Origin: the human T2T-CHM13v2.0 reference genome, Homo sapiens
NCBI RefSeq assembly: GCF_009914755.1
Contig: NC_060929.1
Direction: 5' to 3' (one strand)
Length of the DNA: 64,000 nucleotides
The translations under genes were made by a program, and so were the position numbers. This document shows positions 41,046 through 54,142 of this stretch, piece after piece; the first letter of the stretch is position 1; the number at the start of each line of letters is the position of its first letter. Below the pieces are notes generated by a model. The model did not search any database. It was not told where the DNA came from and saw only the letters and a program-made list of their open reading frames with translations.

Positions 41046-41654
41046 TCAAGAAATTGTTTGGATTCAGATGTACTTAAATGATAAGAAACCCATTTATAAC
41101 CCATTCACAGGCAGGGCCTGGGGAGGCAGGTTTCTCTAAACACTTTGCATAAAATTAGACAAGACCAAGAGAGTTTAGACAAAGCTCAGGCTGGTTCCAT
41201 TTCAAATCTCAGATCCAGTGGACATGTGAATGAATACCTGGGATTATGTGTTTCTGGCATAGACCAGGCAATTTCACCTGCCACACAACTGTGCCTAATG
41301 AATGCTTTCTTCTCACTCCGAATGGATCTTCTGCCACATCTAAACACATGGTATGATTGTCAGTTGTTCTGTTACCATAAAGTTCTGAGACAAAACTTCC
41401 CATGTCAAAATAAATCAGTCTGCTAAGAATTTTTTGGTTCATCTGGAAACCTTGGGACTGCCTATATTTCCAGGACTATTTAAAAATATTTTAAAAGGTC
41501 TGCCAAAAAATGGGAATATATGAAGAATCAGCATGATAACTAGTTTGAACACATTTTTTATGAAGCAAACCACAGAATGCTTCACAGAGTTAATAAAAAC
41601 ATGAGTCCTCAGAACTCTTTATGACATTTGAGACTAAAATTGGCTTCACTTTAA

Positions 41655-41835
41655 ATCACAGACTTTAGAGTCAGGCAGACCTAGGTATAAATCTTCTATT
41701 TACCTTTTACTTGTTGTGAGATTTTTGGCAAATGACTTAACCTCTCTGAGCCTCAGCTTTCTCATCTGTGAAACGGAAATGTCTGCTTCCCAGGGTTATG
41801 GGGGTTAAAGAATGAAACTGTGAAGAATGCAACTA
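41655..41835 (+). mobile_element. MIR
   Basis: gactttagagtcaggcagacctagg..ggcaaatgacttaacctctctgagcctcagctttctcatctgtgaaa. Confidence 0.9.
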
Positions 41836-42434
41836 GACTTCAACATCAGTCACTCCCAAGGTTCTTTCCTTTCTGTTTAGAAGTCACCTCTGTGGAAAAA
41901 GAAGGCAGATCCTACACAGGTGATGGGATTTTATGCTCAACCTGGACAACTTTCAATCCCTCCTTCTTATTTGTGTGCAAGTAATAAAATTAAAAAAGCT
42001 TGAGTTCCATAATCAACACAAAACCTCATAAAGCCCAGACCAAGCCATTTTCTTTCATTCTTTGCGTTCTTTCTTTCTGCTCATTTGGGAACATCTTTAT
42101 CTTGTAGACACTTCAAGAAAATGACAGGCAACCATGGCTAGTGTGGGGACACAGGACTCTGTAAAGCGGGAGAAAAGATTCCAAGGGTGCCGTTAGCCTA
42201 GTTCTTTCTGCCCCTTCAGTAAAACAGTGTCAACAACCCTTGCATTCCTGCAGCTTCAGGACAGCATCCCGTGCTCAGAAGGTTCCCTGGACTTCCCGTC
42301 CTCCCAAGCAAGTTGAAACTTTTGTCTTTGTTCATCAGTGTTAGTGAGTATAGTCTAAGGAAGGTAGCACATTAGCTGCCTTTGCTTTCTTTCTCCATCC
42401 CTTGGTATCCTGAGGAGCATAAGGATTTAAGAGT

Positions 42435-42732
42435 TGCTGGGCACGGTGGTTCAGGCCTGTAATCTCAGCACTTTGGGAGGCTGAGGCGGGTGGATCACCT
42501 GAGGTCAGGAGTTGGAGACCAGCCTGGCCAATATGGCAAAACCCTGTCTCTACCAAAAATACAAAAGTTAGCTGGGTGTGGTGGCGAGAGGCTGTAATCC
42601 CAGCTACTCAGGAGGCTGAGGCAGGAGAATCACTTGAACCCAGAAGGTGGAGGTTGCAGTGAGCCAACATCGCACCACTAAACTTCCAGCCTGGTGACAA
42701 GAGCAAGACTCCATCTCCAAGGGGGAAAAAAA
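42435..42732 (+). mobile_element. AluSq-like
   Basis: cacctgaggtcagg, gacaagagcaagactcc. Confidence 0.95.
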
Positions 42733-43971
42733 GTCAACTAACACAGTTCTGGGAGCTCCATGACACTGAGTTTAAGCAAAGTAGAGGAGCCCATTGTAGC
42801 CTACTCTGAGGACAGCGTTTTATTTCCAAATATTGTTCTTCCTAGATCTAGAAGCCAAACTTTCTATATTTTAAGCTACATGTCACACTCCTCTTCTACA
42901 ACTAACATTAATTTTGCTGAGGAAAAAATACAAATGCATGGTACTGTCATAATAAAGCCGCTGCCAGGGGAAGAGAACACAGCTGATCTCCTCCTGCCCC
43001 CTCACCCTTCTGCTCAGCGCAGCTCAGAGCAATGCACACGTGTCAGAGGCCACAGAGAAACCTGCGGCCTTCTTTTGTCAACATTTCTTTTAGAACATTG
43101 GCAAAGATCTCAAATGTCAGTGTGTAGAGGTATGACAGATAAAGATTTGTAAGTGCGTGTGTGACAGAGAAAGAATATGTATGCTCAATGAAGAAGCTGT
43201 TGTACACATGGCTTTGGAGTCTGTGTGAGGACACCCTCAACCCTCCAGGTCAGCCTCTGGTCCTCCCATATGAATGCTATCCCTTGATTCCCACCAGGGT
43301 CATCCAACACTGGCCTCAAGCCAACTCCTCCTAGGAGCCTTTTCGACTCTCATGCTCATCAAACAGCTGCTCTCTGAACACATTCTAAAGCTCCCCTGCA
43401 GACTGGCCACCCACATCTCTCTCTTCACCTCCACATGAGGAATAGCAGTTTAATCATGCATAAGTTAATATTTCTCTGAATCTGTGCTTAACTCCCTTAG
43501 ACTCCAGGATGCTGTGGAGTGTCTGTCAGTGCAAAGGGCATCATCACCATCACTCTTTCCTGGCTGGAGGTGGAGTAGGGGTGGGGTAAAATATGTAGGG
43601 CTCCTGTAGCCAGGGAGAAGCCTGATGAGTTGTCATTCCTCCTGATAGGGGCACATAGATCAAATCTATGATGGTAATAGAAGGGAATAAGACACCTAAG
43701 CTCATAAAGAGAAAGCAGTCCCACCAATCTTGTAATTAAAGAATAGCAAACTAATACAACAGTACGTGCATCTCTCACACTTACTACCTGGGTGGCTTGA
43801 AGGAACCTGGGAACCCTCTAGAGCCTCGTTTGTCAACATGGGAAATAAAGAACATAAAACCAAGCATATAGACCTGTCCAGAGAATTGTTAATGTAAAAC
43901 CTGGCATATCATGGAGGAAATGGTGGTTGTAATGTCCCTGGTCGTGGGTACATCAATCATCTGCTGCTATT

Positions 43972-44552
43972 CTTTTTTTTTTGAGACAGGGTCTCACTCT
44001 GTCACCCAGGCTGGAGTGCAGCAGCAGGATCACGGCTCACTGCAACCTCTACTTCCTAGGCTCAAGCTATCCTCCTTCCTCAGCCTCCTGAGTATCTAGG
44101 ACTACAGGTGCATGCCAGCACACCTGGCTATTTTTTTTTTTTTTTTTGAGATGGAGTTTCGCTCTGTCACCCAGGCTGGAGTGCAGTGGCGTGATCTCGG
44201 ATCACTACAGCCTCTGCCTCCTGGGTTCAAGCAGTTCTCCTGCTCAGCCTCCCGAGTAGCTGGGACTACAGGCACGTGCTGCCACGCCCTACTAATTTTT
44301 GTATTTTTAGTAGAGATGGGGTTTCACCCTGTTGGCCAGGATGGTCTTGATCTCCTGAACTCATGATCCACCCACCTCAGCCTCCCCAAGTGCTGGGATT
44401 ACAGGTGTGAGCCACCGCACCTGGCCTGTATTTTTTGTAAGATAGGGTTTGGCCATGTTGCCCAGGCTGATTTCAAACTCCAGGGCTCTAGTGATCTGCC
44501 CACCTCTGCCTCCCAAAGTGTGAGGATTACAGGTGTAAGCCACCACACCTGC
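43972..44552 (-). mobile_element. AluJ (43972-44130 + 44427-44552) with nested AluSc-like (44131-44426)
   Basis: Right arm of an old Alu, then a T-run and a complete younger Alu, then the old left arm resumes at tgtattttttgta. Confidence 0.93.
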
Positions 44553-44769
44553 TTTGCAATTTTTTAAAAATTAATAAAACTGAAAGTTGGCCAAATTTAG
44601 GGCAAACAAGTAAAATAATAATTATGTACACTATTATAGAATGTGTAATCTTTTAAGGGCATTGGGTCATACATGCTCAGAATTCCCCAAATATGATCCA
44701 TATCACTTGTTTCATTGATTATATTCTGGTGAATTTGTGATAAGAAAACAATTTTAAAATGCCCCATGT

Positions 44770-46715
44770 GTCATGATTATAAAACTATAATAATTAAGAC
44801 AGTACCTGGTTATATGACTAAGATCAATGTGTAAGAATGGGAAGTCTAGTCACAAGGCCCACATATTTGCAGTTACCTGAAAAAGTGGCAGTGCCACGCA
44901 GAAGAGATGGTTGTTTTGGTTGATGCTAAGCCAGGTGCTAGACCAACTGGATATCCATGAGAAAAAATGATTCTGACCCCAACTTCACACTAAACACAAA
45001 AATCAATGACAGATGGAGTGCAGATCTAAAATGCAAATGGCAGAACAATAAATCTTTTAGAAGAAAATATAAGAAAACATATTCGTGACCATGGAGTAGG
45101 CACAGATTTCTTAAACAAGATCCATAAGATGTTAATTATAAAGGAAAAAATGATAAATTAGAACCACATTAAAATCAAGAACTTCTATATATCAAGACAT
45201 CATTCGGATTGAGAAGAAAACTCACTGAATGAGACAAATTTTTGAAAAATATGTATCTGAAAAAAAAAAAAAACTTGTATCCAGAATATATAAAGAACTA
45301 CAAATCATCAAGAAAAAGGGAAGACTGCCCACTGGGCAAATGGCAAAAGACTGGAGCAGGCACTTCATGAAAAAGGGCACTCCAAAGAAAAAATAGACAT
45401 ATGAAAATATGCCCAACAAGGCTGGGGAGAAATAGGAACACTTTTACACTGTTGGTGGGAGTGTAAATTAGTTCAGCCCTTGTGGAAGAGAGTGTGGCGA
45501 TTCCTGAAGGATCTAGAACCAGAAATACCATTTGACCCAGCAATCCCATTACTGGGTATACACCCAAAGGATCATAAATCATTCTACGATAAAGACACAA
45601 GCCCATGTATATTTATTGGAGCACTATTAACGATAGTAAAGACTTGGAGCCAACCCATATGCCCATCAATGATAGACTGGATAAAGAAAACGTGGCACAT
45701 ATACACCTTGGAATACTATGTAACCATAAAAAAGAATGAACTCATGTCCTTTGCTGGGACATGGATGAAGCTGTAAGCCATCATCCTCAGCAAACTAACA
45801 CAGGAGCAGAAAACCAAACACAGCATGTTCTCACTTAAAAGTGAGATTTGAACAATGAGAACAAATGGACACAGGGAGGAGAACATCACACACCGGGGCC
45901 TGTCGGCAGGTGGGAGGCAAGGGGAGGGAGAGCATTAGGACAAATACCTAATGCATGCAGGGCTTAAAACCTAGCTGTTGGATTGATAGGTGCAGCAAAC
46001 CACCACGGCACATGTATACCTATGTAACAAACCTGCACGTTCTGCACATGTATCCCAGAACTTAAAGTGAAGAAAGAAATACGCCCACGAGGCAACAGAC
46101 AAATGTGATTAAGACCACAGGAAGGTATCACCACACAGTCATTAGGATGGCTAAAGTGCCAACGATGAAAAGTATGGACGTGGAACCAATGAAACCTTCT
46201 TACACTGCTGAACACACCATATGGCTGTGGCCCAGGGTTTAGAGCCAACAGAATCAAACAAGTATGTTCACAAAAGACATGCGTAAAAATGTTCATAGTG
46301 GCACTGTTTGTATAGACCCAAACTGGAAACTACTTAAAAGCCCATCCGCAGCAGAATGGATAAAAAAATTGCAGTGTATATTCACACATCGAATGCTATG
46401 CAGCTGTGATAACGAATGAGCTACAACTACATGCAACACAGATGAATGCCACACACAACAGTGAGGAAAGGAAACCAGACATAGCAGGCAGAGGTCATCT
46501 GCTTTAGAAGTCAGTAGTTACTGTCAAGCAGGGGAAAGGAGATGTCAGGGGATCCTCTGGTGCTGGTAATGCTGTGTTTCTTCTGGTTGCAAGGTGTGTT
46601 CAGTTTGTGAAAACTCCTTGAGCCATATCCTTATGATTTGTAGCATTTGTGAATCCTTATGGTTTGTATGCATTTCTGGGTGTATTCTATGCCTCAATAA
46701 AAAGTTTACCCTCCA
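44770..46715 (+). mobile_element. Old L1M (MD/ME) ORF2 end and 3' UTR, interrupted by L1PA
   Basis: caactggatatccat..cttttagaagaaaatataag..ctcaataaaaag. Confidence 0.85.
45423..46078 (+). mobile_element. L1PA7/8-like 3' end
   Basis: ORF WKRVWRFLKDLEPEIPFDPAIPLLG; gagcattaggacaaatacctaatgcatg; degenerate TSD aaata(t/c)gccca..aggc. Confidence 0.93.
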
Positions 46716-47214
46716 AAGTACAATACATATGAAGACACACACACACAGACACACGTAAAGCTCACTAACACCAGATTGGAGAAGCAGTTTCAATGTCTCA
46801 GTCCTACCCTATAACTCCTGTAGACCTTCTAGCTGCTAACGCACAGAATACTTCATTTTCGACACATTCTGCCCCAGTTTATCTTGCATCTGAATTTCCT
46901 TATTGTATTATCAAATAAGAGATATATATATCAAACCTTATTAGTGTTTGTTTCCCATAAAATCCACTGCTCCATTTCCAGGTCTGGGCTTAAGACGCTG
47001 ATCGGTGGGATTGCCAGCTGAGCAGATCTCAGACACTCCAGCTCCTCTTTTGGTTGAATCAGCGGGTCACTAATAGTTATTGACACCAACTGAGCTCAAT
47101 ATCACTGGTCGTCATTACCAGTCCACGGAATCCACAGAGACAGTCATCCACATTTCCCGTTGTGATTGGTGAGGCATTAGAAAGGATAGATTTTCACAGG
47201 GCGAGGTTGTGAAA

Positions 47215-47420
47215 ATGACTTGAAAAATCTCAGTGGCTAACAGGTAAAGGCATGTCTTCCTCGCACCACAGGTTCTGCTCATCTTCACGATCCAAGAACT
47301 CAGGTGACCCAGGTCTCCCTGTTTCCATCATCAAGATGGGAAAGGAGCAGGTGCTGGTTCTTAAAGCTTCTATCCAGAACACTCATATCTCATTGACAAA
47401 GACAAGCCCGAGATTCTCCT
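47215..47420 (-). mobile_element. MLT1L-like LTR fragment
   Basis: ctcagtggctaaca..tcttaaagcttct..actcatatctcattgacaaagacaag. Confidence 0.5.
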
Positions 47421-47661
47421 CAAGGATGTGCCATCCTCCATGAAAGGGGCGCTGAATACTGTGGATTCTGGTGCCTCCCACCGTGGGGGCAGCTAGGGGG
47501 TATCAGCAACACCGGATGCTGACAAAATCACATTGATTTTCTTCCCAGGTGTGGTTTGGAGAGAGGAGCACTTTGGGTAATGAGGGAAAGGAGGCACAGC
47601 CAGCCAGCCAGTTAGCAGGATCAACCCTGGTCCTCAGTGGGTGATATTCCATCCAGTCAAT

Positions 47662-47712
47662 TATATATATATATATAATATATACTCTTATTAAGTATAT
47701 ATTATATATTAA

Positions 47713-47748
<36 letters not shown>

Positions 47749-47757
47749 TCTTATTAA
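47662..47757. repeat. (TA)n with duplicated atatactcttattaag unit
   Basis: Direct reading. Confidence 0.93.
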
Positions 47758-47770
47758 GGAACAAAAGTTG

Positions 47771-48095
47771 GGCCAGGCATGGCTCATGCCTGTAATCCCA
47801 ACACTTTGAGAAGTTAAGGCAGGAGGCCTTAGGAGTTGAACTTGAGCCCAGGAGTTCGAGACCAGTCTGGGCAACAAAGAGAGACCCTATCTCAAAAAAA
47901 AAAATAAAAATGATAAAACCAGCTGGCCATGATGGCACACAATTGTAGTCCTAGCTACTCAGAGGCTGAGGTGGGTGCATCGCTTGGACCTGAGAGTTCG
48001 AGGCTGCAGTGAGCCATGATTACACTTACACTTACTGCACTCCAGCCTGGGTGACAAAGCAAAACCCTGTCTCAAAAACATATTTAAAAAGAAGA
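47771..48095 (+). mobile_element. AluJ with small insertions
   Basis: cttgagcccaggagttcgagacc, gaggctgcagtgagccatgat. Confidence 0.92.
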
Positions 48096-48099
48096 AAAG

Positions 48100-48570
48100 T
48101 TATTTAATGATATTTGCTATCACTGCTAAAACCTGGTAAGAAAGACTTTCTTCAGGATCATCTCGACAGGCATAGGGACTACTGCAATGGGATTTTGCAG
48201 TGTGGGAGAGAGATTGGGCTGAACTCTGAATACAACCTGGACAAGTGGGAATTTCTAGCCCAGGAGCATGGTGGGGGTCAGTTGATGGAAAATTACAAGG
48301 AATAAACATCAAGGATAAGGGGAATTCTGGCTAAGCTGACCTAACGGGTTTCTTACTGAAGACAGGCCAGGGTGATCAGACTATATCTGTGGAATGGTGG
48401 AGGTGGAAGATCTTGATCAAATATAGACGAGATAATGAGGGTGGGGAGTTCTTGCTAAACTGACTTGGCCGGGATCTTGCTAAACTGAACTTTACAAGGA
48501 AGTGCACAGATGGGCCCAGGAGAAGGTTCAGGAGCCTGACTAAAGTTTAATCAAAAAAGAATCTTTGTCA
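48100..48570 (-). mobile_element. MER31 (ERV1) solo LTR
   Basis: Reverse complement begins tgacaaagattcttttttgattaaactttagtcaggctcctgaaccttctcc, matching the recalled MER31 start. Confidence 0.88.
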
Positions 48571-51214
48571 TTCTGCAAGCTCAGAGGGACTCTTGGGTGA
48601 TCAATAATAATTTAGCTCCATTTTCTTTTGTTTGTCCAATGTTGTACTTTAAAGAACACCTAAAGAAAAAATAAAATACAATCAAAATTTGGAGAAATAA
48701 TTTCTCCATGAAGATGTGAAGGGCTCTGTATTTATTTAACTTAAAGACAAGGAACAGAGTCAACAGCCATTAAGTAAGTGACTTGATAATACATAAACAC
48801 ATTTCCTCATTCCTCTTAGAGATGAGACAAAAAGAAATTATTTATTTAACAGCAGAGCCATCTTAGGCTAAACACTAGGAAGAGCTGACTTTGCATTTTA
48901 TTGTCTGAGGAGATTGTGAGGTCTTAACATGCCCCTGAATGTAGTATCACTGAATTAATTTGGGGATTCCCTCCCCCCATCAAATTTGGAAACATTTATT
49001 GAGGCTTTGCTCATTATTTAGTAAAGTTAACCTCCTCTTTATAAGAGAAGTGTACTGAACATATGCATAATATTTGCAGTTCTATAAAGTTTAAAATAAA
49101 AAAGAAGTTTATATCACAGGTGGCAGGGGCTCAATATAAGTTGTTAATTTTATTGAGTGAATTATTTTACCATAAAAGTATGTTTCAGCATTTTCTAGAA
49201 ACCCTTATTTTGTCTGAGAATCTGATAGAGCTGCTCTCAATACTTACATGGCTCAGCTGGCAAAGGGAGGACAAAATGATTGTAAATAGCTTTGCTTTTC
49301 CTCACTGAAAGCCTTTTTAGGTTTTGAAGCCTCTAATGAAGGGAGAAGACACTGGCTCCACACTCCAGGTACAGAGCTGTTTTTGATAAGATGAAAAGGA
49401 TGTTTTTCTTACCAGGTATCATTCTCTTCAGAAGTAATGTTTCCTACACAAAGTGACTGCATGTCAAATGTGCAATTTGTCTCTCCAGAGCACAGTGACT
49501 GGCTTCTTCGTTCCTGATATAATGGCTAGCTCTGGATTTTTCTTGGTAATTTCTATATCTCTGTTTTCCTCTCAATTGTAATATTCCTGCATCAGAAGAC
49601 GAACTCAGAAGTTGTGGTTCTGCGAAAAAAATTAGTTTCTACTGTGAATTTTCTTTTCTTATCAAATTGTACTAAAATAACTGTTCACAACAGTGTTTCA
49701 CCAAATCGTTCTCAAATTTGGTGAAATTTCATTTAATTCTTCCCATTGATTTAAAACATAAGGTATATTGGATGCCTAATTATTGCTGCAATTATGTTCT
49801 GAAATACATAACATAATATTGACCAACTATATTTTCTATGGTGGTAAAACATAGATAATGCACACTGACCATTTTAATCCTTTCAAGGTGTACTATCAAG
49901 CTGTGGTTTTCTTTGACAGATGACACCATCCTACAGCGGGAGACCTTCTCCCCGGTTCACACCAGGACTCCAGAAAGGACACCCCAGCGTATCCTACTGT
50001 GGAGCACATAACTGGATGCTAAAGAAGAGGTCTGCATTAACTGACTGCCCAGCAGCTCCTTCCCCAGCTGAGCTCATTGCCATCTAATCCATTGCAAATA
50101 TACAGGAGCGTGCCTTGGCTGTCTCTTTCGGAGTGGAGAAGCTTGACATTTGGATACGATTGGTTGCAGAAGTTAAGAACTAAGTTTCACTTCTTTATTT
50201 AACCTGAAAGTTCTCTTAATTCCCTGCATCATTGTGCCAATAATTCTGCTTTCTGAGACTTTGCTGGATGAAGAAGACATCTGGATTTGATTTTAGAGAA
50301 AGAAAAAGCCAAGACAATGAAATAAGTGTGTTTGTAAATGTAACTTTTAGGTCCGTTACATGGTTTTGTCCTGTTTCTTCCCACCCCCACTCCCAATTCC
50401 CCTTCCTGTTAAAACCTCAAGTCAAATCACAAACCTATCTGGCTGCTTTCAAATGTAAAAGAAGACTTTACACCAAAAATACAGACTTCTCTAATGGTCT
50501 AAACTACAACTTCAAAACTTAAATTGTTCCTATGGATGCAAATGCTTAAGAAATTGGTCGTAAAATAATCTCTCTTTAAAATATAAACCTTAGCATTTTA
50601 TAATGACAACAAACCATGTTTCTCATTGGCAAAAGCACTGCTGTTTCTAAGTCTCTCGTCTCACAAGAATGAGAGCCTCACTGGTCTCCCCCCAGCACCT
50701 AGAGCAGGACCTGGCAAAGAGCTGGCCCTCCTTCAATATCTGCATAATGAATAACTCTCCATGGAAACCAGTGCCACTGTGGTCAGTGACAACGTGCTGT
50801 AACTTACTCCGAAGACAGCAGGGGCATGGGTGACACCGGGAGCTCAGGCCATTTGCACCAGGCTCTCTCTGGGTCTTTGTTTATGCCCCTTCCCCTTCCT
50901 CCTCCTCTGTCACTGGCCTCTCCATATGAAGTCTCTCCTTTTCTTTCCCTCCTCACCATGGCCTTTGTGCCTTTTCTTCTCCTTCCCTTTAATTCCCACT
51001 TTCTTCCTTTGAGCTTTCTCTTCCCTTCCTCTCATTTTCCATTGTTCTCCTCCCCTTTCCACCTTCTCCTTTATGTAGTAAAAACATGGATCTGACGTGT
51101 ATTTTAAATTGGCATTTTAATATCCTATCAGCTTCCATTCTTCATTTTTCTCATGGAGCATACAAATTGTATAAGTGTTTACCTGGCAACAACTATGTTT
51201 TGCTTGTTTGTGGC

Positions 51215-51583
51215 AAAAAAAAAAAAATTGCCACGATGACAAGTGCCTCTTGCCAAGTCGGGTGTGCAGGTGCAGAGTCACACCCAGCCGCCCTCAAGGT
51301 CCACACGTTGCCCAGTCATCTGGCGGTTTTCTCTCTAACCCAAGCATCCTGGTGCCTGCGATGAGGGGAATAGGTAACCCTATTGCTACACTCCCAGCTT
51401 ATGAAGAACACAGAACACAGAGCTCAAGGGAAAAGAGAATTCTTTTGGAGACAAAAGATAATTTTGTACTTCTAATCTGGATCCCTAAGGTCGTGCCCTA
51501 CCTCCCCTATGACCATCCCCATCTTTACTGAAGTATAATTGACTAATACAAATTGTATATAGTTACGGTGGACAATGTGATGT
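51215..51583 (+). repeat. Local direct duplication, copy 1
   Basis: ~95% identical by eye to 52229-52584. Confidence 0.97.
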
Positions 51584-51740
51584 TTTGATATGTGAGTACA
51601 TTGTGGTATGATCACTATAATCAAGCTAATCAGCATATCCATCACCTCACATAGTTGCCTTTTTTTTTTTGCCTGTGTATGGTGAAAAAATTTAAGATCT
51701 ACTCTGTTAGCACTTTTCAAGCATACAATGCAGAGTTGTG
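51523..51740 (-). mobile_element. L1MA 3' terminal fragment
   Basis: tttactgaagtataattgac..tcaagctaatcagcatatccatcacctcacatagtt. Confidence 0.88.
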
Positions 51741-52228
51741 CCCTTAGTTAAAGGACTCGGGGGCTTTGTGAGGTCTGAATCCTATTGATTATCCAGTGCC
51801 TGCTTTTTCCCCCTTCCAGTTTTTCTGTTCAGTTAATGTTGGTGCCACATACATTAAATTGAGTATGTGGACAGCAGAGTGCAGTTCCTGAATAAAGAGA
51901 ATATGAAAATCTATTACTTATTGCTTAAGTTAACAGGAATAAGTGTTAGGCTTATTTCTGATTCTATAGGACAATCAATACCTGTTTTTATCAAGTACCT
52001 GCCTCCTTAATTAAGAGCAATAGCTGACAAAAGTTAATTAGCAATGTCAACATGACCCTATCACGTTGCCCTGCTCTGACTTCAAAGAAAATTTAGATAA
52101 TGTTAAAGGATTAGAAAAGAATAACAGAAAGTCCAGCATGCCTACTTTAAAACACCTGAGTTTTCAAGTTCTCCAGATATAAGTTATATATAACTTTTTA
52201 TTATATAACATATTATATAATCTGAGGG

Positions 52229-52584
52229 AAAAAAAATGCCACGATGACAAGTGCCTCTTGCCAAGTCGGGTGTGCAGGTGCAGAGTCACACCCAGCCGCC
52301 CTCAAGGTCCACACGTTGCCCAGTCATCTGGCGGTTTTCTCTCTAACCCAAGTATCCTGGTGCCTGTGATGAAGGGAATAAGTAACCCTATTCACTCCCA
52401 GCTTATGAAGAACACAGAACACAGAGCTCAAGGGAAAAGAGAATTCTTTTGGAGACAAAAGATAATTTTGTACTTCTAATCTGGATCCCTAAGGTCGTTC
52501 CCTACCCCCCCCATGACCATCCCCCATCTTTACTGCAGTATAACTGACTAATACAAATTGTATATACAGTGGACAATGTGATGT
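52229..52584 (+). repeat. Local direct duplication, copy 2
   Basis: ~95% identical by eye to 51215-51583. Confidence 0.97.
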
Positions 52585-54142
52585 CCCTCTTTCTTCCTGC
52601 TAATATCACATACATTTGTACTGTTTCTTTTGAAAACTTGTAGAAAACTTGGAGGGGAAAGCATTTCTAGCCTCTCCTGTTGGTCAGTGGATTAATTTGC
52701 CTCCAGTAAGTGTCTCTGTGGCTTACTGTCATTCAGCTGATACCGAAGCTTTCCCTTCCTGGATGCTCAGGACATGTGATTTGAGGATAAGTTTACCTGG
52801 GCTTTTCAGGCATCTTTGTTTGCTTCTTTTCATTCCAAAGCTTTTGCTAGGAACAGGGAAGCTGACACATCAGCAGGCGAGGACCCTTCAATAGTGTGGA
52901 GAGTGAGGGAAGGTTGAACAGCTAGAGAACACAAAGGGAAGAAAATAATATACTTTGCCATTTCTATAACCTTAATACAATTTTAATAAAATTTTTCTTT
53001 GGAGGCTTTAAATTCATTTCTTTAAGAAGCTTTGTTGAGCAAAAATATTCTTACAATTGCCATTAAGTGCACCATTTTGTTCAAGATGAACCCATTAAAC
53101 TTTTTCTTTATCATAATTAAGCCCAATATGCCAAATGCCAAAGATTAGCTATCAGCTTAGTACAAACCAGGAAGCTGAAGAATAGCTGTATATTCATTAA
53201 GCCCCAAAGAGTGTGTTTTTGTTTTGTTTTGATGCTAAGGAAAGGCAGGTGGCTCAAACCCAGGGCAGTGTCTTTGTCTCCACAGGATAAGCCTATTTAA
53301 CTCAGCTTAGTTCATATCTTCAGATGCAATCCTTAGCAGACCAGTGACCTCAGGGAACCCTAAAGCCAGACAGACCACCTGCAGGGGTGAGAAGCGGATC
53401 AGAGGAAGGTCACAGGTGGCATGAGTGGTGGGCTCTGACAGGAATAAGCCCGTTAATGGGCTGTTATGGAAGGAAAGCTGGTCATCTGGCCTCCCACCCC
53501 TGGCCAGGAGAACCTGGACTGCAGTTTCAATCTCACTGCATGCCATTTAGATGTTTGTCTGCAGTGCTATCTGTGGGGTTCTTGAACTTGTGACTTTTAA
53601 AGACAATACAAGGATGGACTGGTAATGACTGACATTTAGTTGAATGAAAATTACCCAGAAGTTTACCAAGCAATAAACTTCAATCTAACTAGATACCCAA
53701 TAAACTGTATACAATATGCAAATGCAGAATTGACTGACTGAGAACATTAATTATTTTCCTGTGGTCCAATTATGAAAGGAAAAGAAGCTTTTTTACTTTG
53801 CTCTTTTCAAATGCAAAGTGGTTATTGGGAGAAAAAAGGCTGGATTCTTACAAGTGAAGCAGTATAAAGAAGGGGTAGGTAAAGGAGAGTGGACGAACCT
53901 ACTCAGAGAAGGATTCACTGGGCAGAGGAGGGGTAGCAATGGGGGTTCTGCTGGGCTGGAGACCTGGACTCCCAGGTAGCACCCCACTTGTGACTCACCT
54001 ATGAAGGTAGCTTGTGGTGACTTGAAGGCTTATCTCTAGGAGCTATGACCTTTGAGGCTGCATCAAAGACCCAAATTATCAAATTAGTCACAAGAGAGTA
54101 GATGCCGTGAGGAGCAGGTTGTTCTACCATCAGGTGGGCTAT

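Noticed and set aside
47440-47480. Weak resemblance to SNORD123 (ATGAA..GGGGCGCTGA..TGTG..TGCC)
   Set aside because: Only a 10-nt exact match, with no box C, terminal D box or stem; most likely chance.
51229-51344. Duplicated block as a Pol III or structured RNA gene on the minus strand (ends in a T run)
   Set aside because: No A/B boxes or recognisable RNA family; only a 7-bp hairpin.
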